A stretch of 64,000 nucleotides of DNA from Klebsiella pneumoniae (GCA_945862315.1 CAMAXW010000005.1:17890-81889), one strand, 5' to 3'. Shown: positions 9,787 through 22,620, counted from the first letter of the stretch. A program made the numbers and translations. Notes: generated by a model not told the origin, from the letters alone.

Positions 9787-12700
9787 ATGAAAATTAGCAA
9801 AACCTGCACGGGTTTTTTACACGGCCTAGCGCTGAGCATGGCCTTGCTGCCTGCGCTGTGGAGCGCCGGGGCACAGGCTGCGGCGTCTAATTTGTCGGGG
9901 CGATTGATGGCGCAATTCGTGGCCGCCCCCATTCTGACGGCGCAGTCCGTCCCACCGCTGGTGATGCTTTCCATGTCGCTAGACCACCAGTACTGGCAGA
10001 AGTCCTACAACGACTATACCGACCTCAACGGCGATGGCGTGGTCGAACGCAGCTATCTGGATAGCTTTGAGTACTACGGTTATTTTCACGCCGAGCGCTG
10101 CTACACCTATAGCGACACCAATAAGGTGTTCACCGCCGTAGGGGTTGCCGCGGGCACTAATAATCACTATTGCGAAGGTGCACTCAGTACGGCGTGGAGC
10201 GGCAATTTCCTCAACTGGGTCGCAATGGCCCGCATGGACGTCGTGCGTAAAATTCTGTACGGCGGCCAGCGCTCTACTGATACCGCCACCCAAACCATTC
10301 TCGAACGCACCTTCCTCCCCGGGGACGCCCATAGCTTTGCCAAGTATTACAACGGCGCGGACATCGCAAAGCTCACGCCGTATGACTCGCTAAGAACGGA
10401 CACCCTCAACGGTGGCAACAATAACGGCGTTGACAATAGCGACGAAGGCATTAGCTTCTGCAATATTTCTTTCGCGGCAAGCGGGAATTCGCAGACCTCC
10501 ACGGCACTGCCCTTGATGCGGGTGGCCAAGGGTAATTTCTCCTTGTGGAACGCCAACGAGCGGCGCCAATGCAGTTGGCAGGACGAGTTTGGCAACAATA
10601 GCGATAGCAATGTGTCCAGTGAGTCTGGCATTTTTGCCAGTGCCGGCGATCCCCCAGATGCCTCCGCCTTAAAAACGCCGAGCAGCAACCGCGACCACGT
10701 GGTGCGCGTAGAAGTTTGCGCAGCAACTTACTTTGACGAAAATCGCGACCTAGAGAACTGCGCAGACTACGGCGCAAACCGCAAACCCGAAGGCCTGTTG
10801 CAAACCTACGGGCTTACGGGGCTGATGCAGTTTGGCCTGCTGACCGGCAGCTATCAAAAAAACCTCTCCGGCGGCGCCCTACGCAAGCGCATTGCCACGC
10901 TGAACGATGAGATCAACACCACTGATGGGACTTTCAAAACCCTCTCAGCCTCCACGCCGGGCATCATTAAAACCCTCAACGCGGTGCGAATTTTCGGTTA
11001 TGGGTACACCAACGGCACGTATCTGTCTGGCGATGGCGGCGACGATTGCACCTTTCTACTGACCGACATTCGCACCGAGGGTGGCGGGCCGGGAGAAGGC
11101 AAATGCGCGAGTTGGGGCAATCCGATGTCGGAAATCTATCTCGAGGCCATCCGTTATTTTGCCTCAACCACGCGTGCGGCCACCAGCGCGTTTAACGCCG
11201 ACGACAGCACGTACATCACTAATTTGGCGCGCGATACCAACTGGGCAGCACCGCTCACGACCACCAATGCCTGCGCATCTCTGAGCACCATTGTGTTTAA
11301 TGCCAGCGTGTCTTCTTACGATGAAGACCAGACCAACCCCTCACCCTTGACCAGCAGCACCGCTGCAGCGCTCACGAAAACGGTGGGCGATGGCGAGGGC
11401 ATTACAGGCAACAACTATTTCATTGGTAGGAACGGCAGCCTTAGCGATGAATTTTGTACCGCCAAACCGCTCAGTGGGGCTAACGGCTTGGGCGACGCTT
11501 TAGGTCTGTGCCCGGAAGCCCCCACCTTGCGCGGCTCCTACCATATGGCAGGCCTAGCGCACTGGGCGCATACCAACGACATCTCCACGGCGCTCTCCGG
11601 GGTGCAAACAGTTCGAACTTTTGCCGTGGCACTGCAAACCGGCACACCCGTCATCCAAGTGCCCGTCACGGGCGGTGTGGTTAAGATTCTGCCCGCCTAC
11701 CGGCTACGGAAAGGTGGCAATAACACTAATGAATCAAGCAACGTCCCGGCCAACGATGGCGGCGGCACCCTGGTGGACTTCAAGGTAGTCCGCCCCCATA
11801 CAGAAGTTGTAAGCGCGTCCAATCTCACCGCCGCGACTAACACCGGTTTCTTTAATGCCAAGTTCTACGTCAACTGGGAAGACTCCGAACAGGGCGGGGA
11901 CTTTGACCAAGATATGTGGGGCACTATCGAGTATCTGGTTAATCAAAACGTAACACCGGCTACGGTCACCATCACCACCAAAGCGGTTGCCCAATCCACC
12001 ATCACCGGGCAGCTATTTGGTTTTGTGACCAACGGCACCACGCAAGATGGCTTCCACGCCTACTCGGGCATTCTAGGCGCCAACTACTACGCCAGCACCG
12101 GCTTCGATCCCTCCGGAGTGAAGGGTTGCAACAACTGCCGGGCACTCTCTGAGACGGGTGGCCAACAAGGAGCGCAGTCCTACACCTTCACGGTAAAAAC
12201 CGGCAGCAACGCGAACCTCCTAGAATCCCCGTTGTATTACGCCGCCAAGTGGGGCGGCTTTGAGGACTCCGACGCCAATAAAACCCCCAAAATCGCGGCG
12301 GCTCCCAGCGACACGCGAGAATGGGATGCTGATGGCGATGGCATTCCGGATACCTTTTTCTTTGTGAGCGACCCAGGTCTGCTGGAAGCCACCCTACGCA
12401 CGGTGTTTAACAGCATTCTGGAACGGGTGTCCTCCGGTACCGCAGCGGCCGTCGTGGCCAATGAGCAGAAGGGTAATGGCGCTATTTTTCAAGCGCTATA
12501 CGACCCGGAAAAAAAGGACGCTGATGGCAATACGGCGCGCTGGATAGGCACTTTGCAGGCCTTGTTTGTGGATTCCCATGGGCTTATTCGTGAAGACGGC
12601 AACGCGGATGGCAAGTTAGATGACTACGCCACTGATAAAGTACTGCGTTTGGAATTCGACGATGGCGCCAGCACCGCCGCCGAAGAACGCCGGACCAAAG

Positions 12701-14961
12701 CCGTTCGCTACACCCCGGTGACACCCAACGCTACCAACCCCGACACCACCGATTTGGCACAGTTCACACCCGAAGCGCCAATTGAACTCTCGGCAGTGAA
12801 CACCCTTTGGAATGCGCGTAAAAATCTCTCCGCGTTAAATAACACCAGCATCACCACGCAGCGCACCTACAGTGCCACCGCGGATACGGGGCGCTATATT
12901 TTTACGTGGTTGGATGGCAGTGGCACGAGCACGCCCAATAACTTAGTGGCTAGCGCAGAAGTAGTGCCTTTTGTTGCGAGCAGTATCACCGCCGCAAACT
13001 ACTACTGGCTGGACTATTTCAACACCTCCGACACCAGCGCCAACAAATACACCGGGGCGCGGCGACTGGTGGACTGGGTGCGTGGGAAAGAAAGCGTCTC
13101 AACCGAATTCCGTAGCCGGCTGTTGGACTACGATGGGCTGTCCGGCTCTGGTGGCGTGGCCGTCATGCGTCTGGGCGATATTATCAATTCCACCCCGGTC
13201 TCGGTGAGCGCGCCCTTCGCCAACTTTGACCAATCGGCACTGGATCCCTCTTATGCCACCTTCCGTGCCCTTTATAGCCAGCGCCGCCAAATGGTTTACG
13301 TGGGCTCCAACGATGGGATGATCCATGCGTTTAACGCCGGCTTCTACAATGCAGATGATCAACAATTTCAACTAGCACCCACGAGCGGCAGCACGCTCAC
13401 CCGTCACCCGCTCGGCAGCGAAATTTGGGCCTATGTGCCCAAGAACGCGCTACCTCATTTGCAGTGGATGGCGCGCCCCGATTACTCCCACGTTTACACC
13501 GTAGATTTACCGCTGCGGGTGTTTGACGTAAAAAGCTTCCCCGCCGATAGCACCCATCCCGGCGGCTGGGGCACGATATTAGTGGCTGGCATGCGTTTCG
13601 GCGGCGGTACCGACACCACCGGCATCTCAGTGGATGTGGGTGCCGATGGTGCGACCACCGCGAACGTCACCACCAAATCGGCCTATGTGGTGTTAGACAT
13701 CACCAATCCAGAAGTCGCGCCAACGCTGCTGGCCGAACTAAGCCCCACCAACTTGCAGTTCTCAACCTCCATTCCACAGGTGGCGGCGTTTGGCGACCCT
13801 TCCGGCACCACGGCCGGCAAGTGGTATTTGGTGTTCGGCTCAGGCCCTACCGATTTTGCCAACGCCCAGTACGCCTCCGGCAGCGGTAATACCAAAGCTC
13901 GGCTGTTTGTATACGACTTGGCCAATTTGGGGACGGCATCCAGTTTGGCGGCCTCGCCCGCCAACCTGAAATATCAGAATACCCCACCCGCAACCCAGAC
14001 CTTCGCGATGCCAGACAACAACGTCTTTGTCGGCGATCCCGTCAGCACGGATTTCGACATCGACATGAAGGACGAGGCAATTTATTTCGGCACGGTGGGG
14101 CCGCTGGTGGCGGCAGGCGCCACGCCGCCCAGCACCACAGGGACCCAGGGCAGCCTGTTCCGGATGTTGCTCAACGAGAACTCCAGTCCGGGCACTTGGA
14201 CCGGCCCCACGCGCCTGCTGTCCAATCTCAACCAGCCCTTTGTGGGACAACCAGCCGTCACCATCGACAGCAAAAACCGGCGGTGGGTGCTGGCCGCTAC
14301 CGGGCGGCTGTTCGTCAACGGCGACAAATCAACCCGCGACCAGCAGACCCTCTACGGCATTATTGACACCGCCTTTAGCGGATCGACCAAGCCGGCGGTT
14401 ATCAGCGATTTGGTGGATGTCTCGGCGGCCCAAGTATTCTCCAACGACACCGCGACCGGTGTGACACTGGCAACAGGTAGCGACACCGATGGTAACGGCG
14501 CCACCTCCACCTTGGAGCTGCGCAACGCGATAGCCACCGCGGGCGGCTGGCGCAAGAACTTGACCATCACCACCGCCAGCCCGGCGGAACGCAGCAGCAG
14601 CCGCCTCACGCTCTTCGGCGGCATTGTGTTTGGCTCCATGTTCACCCCCAGCACAGATCTATGTTCATCTGATGGCACTAGCCGCTTACTGGGCTTGGAC
14701 TTCACTACCGGCGCACCCCCGATACTAGGCGTCTTTGATTGTGCTAACTGCAACGACCCCACAGTGCCGCTGCCGGAAAGCCTGTCACAGGGCGGCGGCT
14801 ATTCCTCTAGCGCGAGCGTGCACTTTGGTGAGCAAACCATCGAAGGGCGGGTCACGGTAATTACCCAAGACTCGCGTGGTGAACTGGAGGCCAGTCAAGT
14901 CAACACGAGTAGCGGCAACCCGGCCAGCGAAATATCATGGCGGGAGTCCCGAGGTGACTAA
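9787..14961 (+). CDS. pilY1: Type IV pilus tip adhesin and biogenesis factor PilY1 (PilC family), unusually large at 1724 aa
   Basis: Signal peptide followed by a huge Thr/Ser/Gly/Asn-rich protein. The C-terminal PilY1 beta-propeller hallmark is ...VYVGSNDGMIHAFNAGFYN... The gene sits between pilX and pilE. Confidence 0.8.
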   Translation: MKISKTCTGFLHGLALSMALLPALWSAGAQAAASNLSGRLMAQFVAAPILTAQSVPPLVMLSMSLDHQYWQKSYNDYTDLNGDGVVERSYLDSFEYYGYFHAERCYTYSDTNKVFTAVGVAAGTNNHYCEGALSTAWSGNFLNWVAMARMDVVRKILYGGQRSTDTATQTILERTFLPGDAHSFAKYYNGADIAKLTPYDSLRTDTLNGGNNNGVDNSDEGISFCNISFAASGNSQTSTALPLMRVAKGNFSLWNANERRQCSWQDEFGNNSDSNVSSESGIFASAGDPPDASALKTPSSNRDHVVRVEVCAATYFDENRDLENCADYGANRKPEGLLQTYGLTGLMQFGLLTGSYQKNLSGGALRKRIATLNDEINTTDGTFKTLSASTPGIIKTLNAVRIFGYGYTNGTYLSGDGGDDCTFLLTDIRTEGGGPGEGKCASWGNPMSEIYLEAIRYFASTTRAATSAFNADDSTYITNLARDTNWAAPLTTTNACASLSTIVFNASVSSYDEDQTNPSPLTSSTAAALTKTVGDGEGITGNNYFIGRNGSLSDEFCTAKPLSGANGLGDALGLCPEAPTLRGSYHMAGLAHWAHTNDISTALSGVQTVRTFAVALQTGTPVIQVPVTGGVVKILPAYRLRKGGNNTNESSNVPANDGGGTLVDFKVVRPHTEVVSASNLTAATNTGFFNAKFYVNWEDSEQGGDFDQDMWGTIEYLVNQNVTPATVTITTKAVAQSTITGQLFGFVTNGTTQDGFHAYSGILGANYYASTGFDPSGVKGCNNCRALSETGGQQGAQSYTFTVKTGSNANLLESPLYYAAKWGGFEDSDANKTPKIAAAPSDTREWDADGDGIPDTFFFVSDPGLLEATLRTVFNSILERVSSGTAAAVVANEQKGNGAIFQALYDPEKKDADGNTARWIGTLQALFVDSHGLIREDGNADGKLDDYATDKVLRLEFDDGASTAAEERRTKAVRYTPVTPNATNPDTTDLAQFTPEAPIELSAVNTLWNARKNLSALNNTSITTQRTYSATADTGRYIFTWLDGSGTSTPNNLVASAEVVPFVASSITAANYYWLDYFNTSDTSANKYTGARRLVDWVRGKESVSTEFRSRLLDYDGLSGSGGVAVMRLGDIINSTPVSVSAPFANFDQSALDPSYATFRALYSQRRQMVYVGSNDGMIHAFNAGFYNADDQQFQLAPTSGSTLTRHPLGSEIWAYVPKNALPHLQWMARPDYSHVYTVDLPLRVFDVKSFPADSTHPGGWGTILVAGMRFGGGTDTTGISVDVGADGATTANVTTKSAYVVLDITNPEVAPTLLAELSPTNLQFSTSIPQVAAFGDPSGTTAGKWYLVFGSGPTDFANAQYASGSGNTKARLFVYDLANLGTASSLAASPANLKYQNTPPATQTFAMPDNNVFVGDPVSTDFDIDMKDEAIYFGTVGPLVAAGATPPSTTGTQGSLFRMLLNENSSPGTWTGPTRLLSNLNQPFVGQPAVTIDSKNRRWVLAATGRLFVNGDKSTRDQQTLYGIIDTAFSGSTKPAVISDLVDVSAAQVFSNDTATGVTLATGSDTDGNGATSTLELRNAIATAGGWRKNLTITTASPAERSSSRLTLFGGIVFGSMFTPSTDLCSSDGTSRLLGLDFTTGAPPILGVFDCANCNDPTVPLPESLSQGGGYSSSASVHFGEQTIEGRVTVITQDSRGELEASQVNTSSGNPASEISWRESRGD

Positions 14962-14987
14962 ATCGATGACACAGCGCGCGCGCCAAA

Positions 14988-15473
14988 ATGGACACTAAAA
15001 TCATGCAGCAAGCAGCAGGCGGCACTCGGGTCTTGGCGCCGGCCCGACTAAAACAAACCGGCATGACATTAATCGAACTGATGGTGGTCTTGGCGGTCGT
15101 CGGCATTTTGACCGCGTTTGCCTATCCGAGCTACCAGAGTTCCATGTTCAAATCCCGGCGCACCGACGGCAAAGTGCTATTGCTGGATATCGCGGCGCGA
15201 GAAGAACGCTATTTCATGGATAACAGCACCTACACCACCACGCTGACCGAACTGGGTTATGGAGCAAACACGCTCACCTCAAATGAGGGTTTTTATACGG
15301 TTGGGATCGTCGCCGGGCCTTCGGGCAGCATCGCTTCCAGTTACACCATTACAGCCACACCCGTGAGCGCCAAATGGGGCAGCAGCGGTGACACCCAGTG
15401 CGGGAATCTATTGCTCGACTCGCGTGGCAACCAGACCAGTTCCTCGGGAACCACGGCGACGTGCTGGAACTAA
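14988..15473 (+). CDS. pilE: Type IV pilin-like protein PilE (minor pilin)
   Basis: Leader and motif ...KQTG/MTLIELMVVLAVVGILTAFAYPSY. A C-terminal Cys pair is present. The ORF track calls the start at 14988. Confidence 0.8.
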   Translation: MDTKIMQQAAGGTRVLAPARLKQTGMTLIELMVVLAVVGILTAFAYPSYQSSMFKSRRTDGKVLLLDIAAREERYFMDNSTYTTTLTELGYGANTLTSNEGFYTVGIVAGPSGSIASSYTITATPVSAKWGSSGDTQCGNLLLDSRGNQTSSSGTTATCWN

Positions 15474-15937
15474 GCGCCACCAGAGGGCCTCACGCCTGCC
15501 ATGGAAGGGCACTGCTGTGGCTCTTGCTGTGTGTTGTCGGGCTGCCGGTGTCGGCGCAGAGCGCCTATCGTTGGCAGGACGACACTGGCCAAACGGTGTT
15601 TTCGCAGCATCCGCCAGCGGGCGTCAGCGCCGTGCCGGTCGCGGCCCACCCCGGCACCGCAAGCCCCGATCATCAAGCACTATTGGCCAAAGACCGCCAA
15701 CAGTTCGCGCCCCCGCCGCCCGCCGCAACACCTGCCCCGCGCCCGCCACCCACGCCTAAAGAACTCGCGCAATTGGCTGAGGCGTGCGCGCAAGCGCAGG
15801 GGGCGCTCAGTCTTTTGCTGGAATACAGCCGCCCGCACTACGTGGATGCGCAGGGCCAGCGGGCGTATATGAGTGAGTCCATGCAGGCGGAAAGAATTGT
15901 CGATGCTCAGCAGAAGTCAGCGGCGTACTGCCGCTGA
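15461..15937 (+). CDS. DUF4124-domain periplasmic protein (paralog 1)
   Basis: Long signal peptide followed by YRWQDDTGQTVFSQHPP, a DUF4124 signature. A Pro-rich linker follows. There is no in-frame ATG after the pilE stop. I propose a GTG at 15461, which overlaps pilE by 13 nt (15461-15473). The track's GTG at 15398 would overlap by 76 nt. Confidence 0.55.
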   Translation: MLELSATRGPHACHGRALLWLLLCVVGLPVSAQSAYRWQDDTGQTVFSQHPPAGVSAVPVAAHPGTASPDHQALLAKDRQQFAPPPPAATPAPRPPPTPKELAQLAEACAQAQGALSLLLEYSRPHYVDAQGQRAYMSESMQAERIVDAQQKSAAYCR

Positions 15938-15970
15938 CTGCGTGGCAACGCCTCATAAGACCCGCCAGCT

Positions 15971-16939
15971 TCAGTGGTGGTGAGCCGCCACCGGATCATC
16001 GGCACGGACTAATTCTCGGGGCAAGCTAAACACCACTTGTTCCTTGATACCCGGCACTTCATTGACCGCCTGACCACCCCACTCCCGGAGACGGCTAACT
16101 ACCTGCTCCACCAGCACCTCGGGTGCCGAAGCCCCCGCCGTGACGCCAACGCTACGCTTACCTGCAAGCCATTCGTGCTGAATTTCTTCAGCGTTATCGA
16201 TTAAGTACGCAGCAATTCCCTGCTTTTCAGCAATTTCCTTCAGGCGGGTGGAATTAGAACTGGTCTGCGAACCCACCACGAGGATGAGGTCACAGTTGAC
16301 CAGCAAGCGTTTGACCGCATCCTGACGATTTTGGGTGGCGTAACAGATATCTTCTTTTTTAGGGCCGACGATTTTAGGAAAGCGTTTACGCAGCGCATCG
16401 ATGATGACCGCCGTGTCGTCCATCGAGAGGGTTGTTTGGGTCACGAAGGCCAGAAATTCGGGATCTTTGGCCTGCAACTTCAGTACGTCCTCCACCGATT
16501 CCACCAAATACATGCCGCCCCGCCCTTTGCGCGCGGTGTATTGGCCCAGTGTGCCTTCGACCTCGGGGTGACCCGCATGCCCAATCAAAACGCACTCACG
16601 GCCTTCTTGCTGATAGTGACCCACTTCCATGTGCACTTTGGTGACCAGCGGGCAAATGGCATCGAAGATCCGCAACTGGCGACGGGCCGCTTCTTGTCGC
16701 ACCCCCTTCGCCACCCCGTGAGCACTAAAAATGACCGTGGCGTCATCCGGCACTTCATGCAATTCATCCACAAAAATAGCGCCTTTTTGCCGCAGGCCGT
16801 CCACGACGTATTTATTGTGAACGACCTCGTGTCGTACATAGACCGGGGCGCCAAATAGTTCGAGAGCGCGCTCGACAATGCCAATTGCGCGGTCTACGCC
16901 AGCGCAAAAACCGCGCGGATTGGCCAGATGAATTTCCAT
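15971..16939 (-). CDS. ispH: 4-hydroxy-3-methylbut-2-enyl diphosphate reductase
   Basis: The N-terminus reads [20 protein letters not shown] chose the internal ATG. The track extends to 17020. Confidence 0.9.
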   Translation of the reverse strand: MEIHLANPRGFCAGVDRAIGIVERALELFGAPVYVRHEVVHNKYVVDGLRQKGAIFVDELHEVPDDATVIFSAHGVAKGVRQEAARRQLRIFDAICPLVTKVHMEVGHYQQEGRECVLIGHAGHPEVEGTLGQYTARKGRGGMYLVESVEDVLKLQAKDPEFLAFVTQTTLSMDDTAVIIDALRKRFPKIVGPKKEDICYATQNRQDAVKRLLVNCDLILVVGSQTSSNSTRLKEIAEKQGIAAYLIDNAEEIQHEWLAGKRSVGVTAGASAPEVLVEQVVSRLREWGGQAVNEVPGIKEQVVFSLPRELVRADDPVAAHHH

Positions 16940-16985
16940 GCTAATGATCCGTTCTTGAGGGTTCAGGGGCTGATTATACGCAGGC

Positions 16986-17486
16986 CTATTGCACCGGCGC
17001 ACCGGCCGCCCGCCAATCACGCAACAATTCCCAGGCGATCATGAAGGCGCCGACGCTAATACCGCTGTCAGCGAGATTGAACGCCGGGAAGCACCAAGGC
17101 GAATAACACAATTGGATGAAATCGACCACGTAACCCAAGGCCATGCGGTCCCAGCAGTTGCCAATCGCACCGCCCAGCACCAGCATCAGGGCCGTGGGTG
17201 CCCAACGCGCGCCAGCCGGCATCGCCCGCCAAGAGGCGAGAATCCACAGCGCGGCGCCGATAGCAATCGCCATGAAGAACCAGCGCTGCCAGCCACCTCC
17301 CTGCGCCAAGAGGCTGAACGCGGCACCGGTGTTATGCAGCAAGGTGAGGTTGAAACCGGGTACTACCGGCCACGGCACGCCATACGCCAGACTGGCTGTG
17401 GCCCATGCCTTGGTAAGCTGATCGGCCACCGCCAGGCCGAGCGCGCCGCCAACCCAAGGCCAGAGCGTGAGTCGCGACTCAAGCAT
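16986..17486 (-). CDS. lspA: Lipoprotein signal peptidase II
   Basis: Carries the HNTGAAFS and [11 protein letters not shown] motifs and four transmembrane segments. Confidence 0.9.
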   Translation of the reverse strand: MLESRLTLWPWVGGALGLAVADQLTKAWATASLAYGVPWPVVPGFNLTLLHNTGAAFSLLAQGGGWQRWFFMAIAIGAALWILASWRAMPAGARWAPTALMLVLGGAIGNCWDRMALGYVVDFIQLCYSPWCFPAFNLADSGISVGAFMIAWELLRDWRAAGAPVQ

Positions 17487-18417
17487 TGAGGTTCAGCAGC
17501 CGGCGCGCGGCGTGACAGTCCAACGCAATCTGGCGGGCCAGCGCATCGAAGTCAGTGAAGGGTAAATCGTCGCGAATTTTTTCGACAAATTCCACCTCGA
17601 TGTGGCGCCCATAGATGTTTTCCGAGAAATCGAATAAATGCACTTCCAGCACCCATTTTGAACTGTCCACAATGGGCCGATTACCTACGTAGGCGATGGC
17701 CGGCAGCGGCGTCGGGCCCAAGCCGCGCACGCTGGCCGCAAAAATGCCACCGAGCGGCGACTCGCGCCGATGCAGATCGAGATTCGCGGTGGGGAAACCC
17801 ATCTCGCGCCCGCGCTGCTGCCCGTAAACCACGCGGCCCGACATGCTGTAGCGGCGGCCCAACATCGGTAACACATCGCGCAACAGGCCATCGCGCAACA
17901 AGGCCCGAATGCTGGTACTGCTGACTCGCTCGCCGGCGGTCAGAAATGAATCTGCCCGGCGGATAAAAAAACCATGTTCCAGGGCGCTCCGTTTGAGCAG
18001 GTCGAAATCGCCACTGCGATGACTGCCAAACTTGAAATCGTCCCCCACAATAAGACCGCGCACCGCTAAGCCATCGATGAGCAATTTTCGAACAAATAAC
18101 TCGGCAGGTCGGGAGGCTAGGTTGGCACCAAAAGGCATGATCAACATCTGCTCTATGCCCAAGCCCGCCAGCAAGGTGGCTTTCTCGCGCAGCCGTGTGA
18201 GGCGCGCAGGCGGCCGCCCAGCGGTAAAGTATTCCGCCGGTTGAGGTTCGAACACCACCACGGTGGACGCCGCACCAAGGCTCTTGGCCTGCACCATGAG
18301 CGCACGCAGCACCGCCTGATGGCCGCGATGCACCCCGTCAAAGTTACCAATAGTCGCGACGCACTCCCGGTGACGGGGCCGGATGTTGTGCTCGCCTCGA
18401 ATAATCTCCATTAGCAA
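17479..18417 (-). CDS. ribF: Bifunctional riboflavin kinase / FMN adenylyltransferase
   Basis: Carries the motif TIGNFDGVHRGHQAVL. It overlaps lspA by 8 nt. Confidence 0.9.
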   Translation of the reverse strand: MLMEIIRGEHNIRPRHRECVATIGNFDGVHRGHQAVLRALMVQAKSLGAASTVVVFEPQPAEYFTAGRPPARLTRLREKATLLAGLGIEQMLIMPFGANLASRPAELFVRKLLIDGLAVRGLIVGDDFKFGSHRSGDFDLLKRSALEHGFFIRRADSFLTAGERVSSTSIRALLRDGLLRDVLPMLGRRYSMSGRVVYGQQRGREMGFPTANLDLHRRESPLGGIFAASVRGLGPTPLPAIAYVGNRPIVDSSKWVLEVHLFDFSENIYGRHIEVEFVEKIRDDLPFTDFDALARQIALDCHAARRLLNLNA

Positions 18418-18439
18418 ACCTTTAGCATTGGAATGCGAA

Positions 18440-20002
18440 TTATAGCCGCGGCTCTGGCTGGGCCATATGGATTAGCCTTAATCCAGTCACCCACGCCAGC
18501 GAGACGTACAGCACGGCGCCCCCAGCAACCAGCAACGCCAAGCAACCGCCACGTTCTAACACGGACCAGCCCACCCATCCCGTGAAGTGGTTTAACGCCA
18601 CACTCAACCCCACCCCCATGCCCGCCGCCGCCAGCCCCACTTGGGTGGCGAATGCTCGCCAGCCGGCCTGCGCTCGGTAGACGCCATTCATTAACAAGCC
18701 ACGCAACAACAAGCCAGAATTCACAAAGGCGGCCAGCGACACCGCCAAGGCCAGCCCTGCGTGCTGAAAGAACCACCCTAAAACCATGCAGGCCAGCAGG
18801 TTAACCAGCATCGAGATGAGTCCAATCTTGACTGGCGTTCGAGTGTCTTGTCGCGCGTAATACGCGGGCGCGAGCACTTTCACCATGATCAACCCGGTGA
18901 GGCCAGCGGCATAGGCCATCAGCGCCTGCGCGCTCATGGTGACGTCGTGTGCCCCAAACTCGCCGTACTGAAACAAGGTGGTGAGTAAAACCGGACCCAA
19001 TACCGCAAGCCCCACGGCCGCCGGAATAGTCAGGGCAAACACCGTGCGCAGCGACCAATCCAGTGTTTTTGAGAACAATTCAGGCTCTACACGGGCATGG
19101 TGGTGGGCTAGGCGGGGCATGATAACCGTGCCCAATGCAACGCCCAAAAGACCCACCGGGAACTCCATCAAACGGTCTGCGTAATAAAGCCAAGAAAGGC
19201 TGCCAGCGGTAAAAAAAGAGGCGATAAAAGTGCTCACCAGTAAATTTAATTGCGCGACTGACACCCCAAAAACTGCGGGGCCCATCAGGCGCAGGATGCG
19301 GCTCACCGCCGGATGTTGAAAATTTAAAGTGGGTTTGGGCAGCAGGCCCGCCCGCCACACGGCCAACACTTGCAGCCCTAACTGCAACGCGCCCCCCAAC
19401 AGCACACCGATTCCCAGCGCAAAAACAGGCTGAGGCAGGTGGGGCGCCAACCACAGCGTACACGTAATCATGGCCACGTTAAGCAAGGCGGGCGTCAACG
19501 CTGGAATCGCAAATCGTCCGTAGGTATTCAACGCCCCACCGAGCAAGGCGGTCAGCGAGATGAACCACAGGTAGGGGAAAGTCAGCCGAAGCAAACTCGC
19601 GCTGAGCGCGGATTTTTCTGGGTCGTTACCAAAACCGGGGGCCACGAGGGTGATGATGTAGGGGGCGGCCACCACCCCCAAAGCGACTATGACCAGCAGC
19701 ACCAGCGCCAGCGCGCTGCACACGGCGCTCAGGACTGTTTTGACTTCCTCGGGGCTAGCCGTGGATTTATAGCCGGCTAGGACGGGGACAAAGGCCTGCG
19801 AGAAGGCGCCCTCGGCAAACAGTCGGCGAAATAAATTGGGGATCCGGAACGCCACAACGAACGCATCTGTGGCACCACTTGCGCCGAAAACCGCGGCGAT
19901 CGCGCTGTCCCGGGCGAGGCCAAGAACACGCGATATCAAGGTCATTTGCCCAACTAACGCCGTTGAGCGAAGTAGCGATTTGGCCAGCGGGAACTCCCCC
20001 AA
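18440..20002 (-). CDS. murJ: Lipid II flippase MurJ (MviN)
   Basis: The N-terminus reads ...MTLISRVLGLARDSAIAAVFGASGATDAFVVAFRIPNLFRRLFAEGAFSQAFVP. It has about 14 transmembrane segments. Confidence 0.9.
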   Translation of the reverse strand: MGEFPLAKSLLRSTALVGQMTLISRVLGLARDSAIAAVFGASGATDAFVVAFRIPNLFRRLFAEGAFSQAFVPVLAGYKSTASPEEVKTVLSAVCSALALVLLVIVALGVVAAPYIITLVAPGFGNDPEKSALSASLLRLTFPYLWFISLTALLGGALNTYGRFAIPALTPALLNVAMITCTLWLAPHLPQPVFALGIGVLLGGALQLGLQVLAVWRAGLLPKPTLNFQHPAVSRILRLMGPAVFGVSVAQLNLLVSTFIASFFTAGSLSWLYYADRLMEFPVGLLGVALGTVIMPRLAHHHARVEPELFSKTLDWSLRTVFALTIPAAVGLAVLGPVLLTTLFQYGEFGAHDVTMSAQALMAYAAGLTGLIMVKVLAPAYYARQDTRTPVKIGLISMLVNLLACMVLGWFFQHAGLALAVSLAAFVNSGLLLRGLLMNGVYRAQAGWRAFATQVGLAAAGMGVGLSVALNHFTGWVGWSVLERGGCLALLVAGGAVLYVSLAWVTGLRLIHMAQPEPRL

Positions 20003-20144
20003 TAAATGCCTGAGAGACGGGTACCGAAGGCATACACGGCAAGTTGAGTATAAACCAAGCGTTCAGCACATGAGCCTTGGGATTGACTTGCGGCGCAAGC
20101 GATCGCATATTTCGCCGCCCTTATCTCGTCGTTCGGAGAACCCT

Positions 20145-20408
20145 TTGGCCAACACCGCTCAGGCGCGTAAGCGCGCTCGTCAAGCACAGAAGCATCGCCT
20201 CCATAACGCCAGCCGGCGTTCGCTGCTTCGCACCCGCATCAAACAGGTCCTCAAAGCCATTGAGGCCGGAGATAAAAGCGGTGCACAGACCGCCTACGCC
20301 GTCGCGGTGCCGGTGATCGATCGCATGGTGAAAACAGATTTGATCCACCGCAATAAGGCGGATCGGCACAAATCTAGGCTCAACACCCGCATTCACGCAA
20401 TGGCGTAG
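20145..20408 (+). CDS. rpsT: 30S ribosomal protein S20, with a TTG start
   Basis: Sequence (M)ANTAQARKRARQAQKHRLHNASRRSLLRTRIKQVLKAIEAGDK ... HKSRLNTRIHAMA. The TTG is at 20145. A GGAGA RBS lies 5 nt upstream. The ORF track extends to 19836. Confidence 0.85.
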   Translation: MANTAQARKRARQAQKHRLHNASRRSLLRTRIKQVLKAIEAGDKSGAQTAYAVAVPVIDRMVKTDLIHRNKADRHKSRLNTRIHAMA

Positions 20409-20418
20409 GGCCCGGCGC

Positions 20419-22607
<2,189 letters not shown>

Positions 22608-22620
22608 CTATCCTAAAATA

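Noticed and set aside
14950-14990. TGGACA...GCA element upstream of pilE, as a sigma-54 promoter
   Set aside because: The GG to GC spacing is 13 nt, not 10, so it does not fit the sigma-54 -24/-12 geometry.
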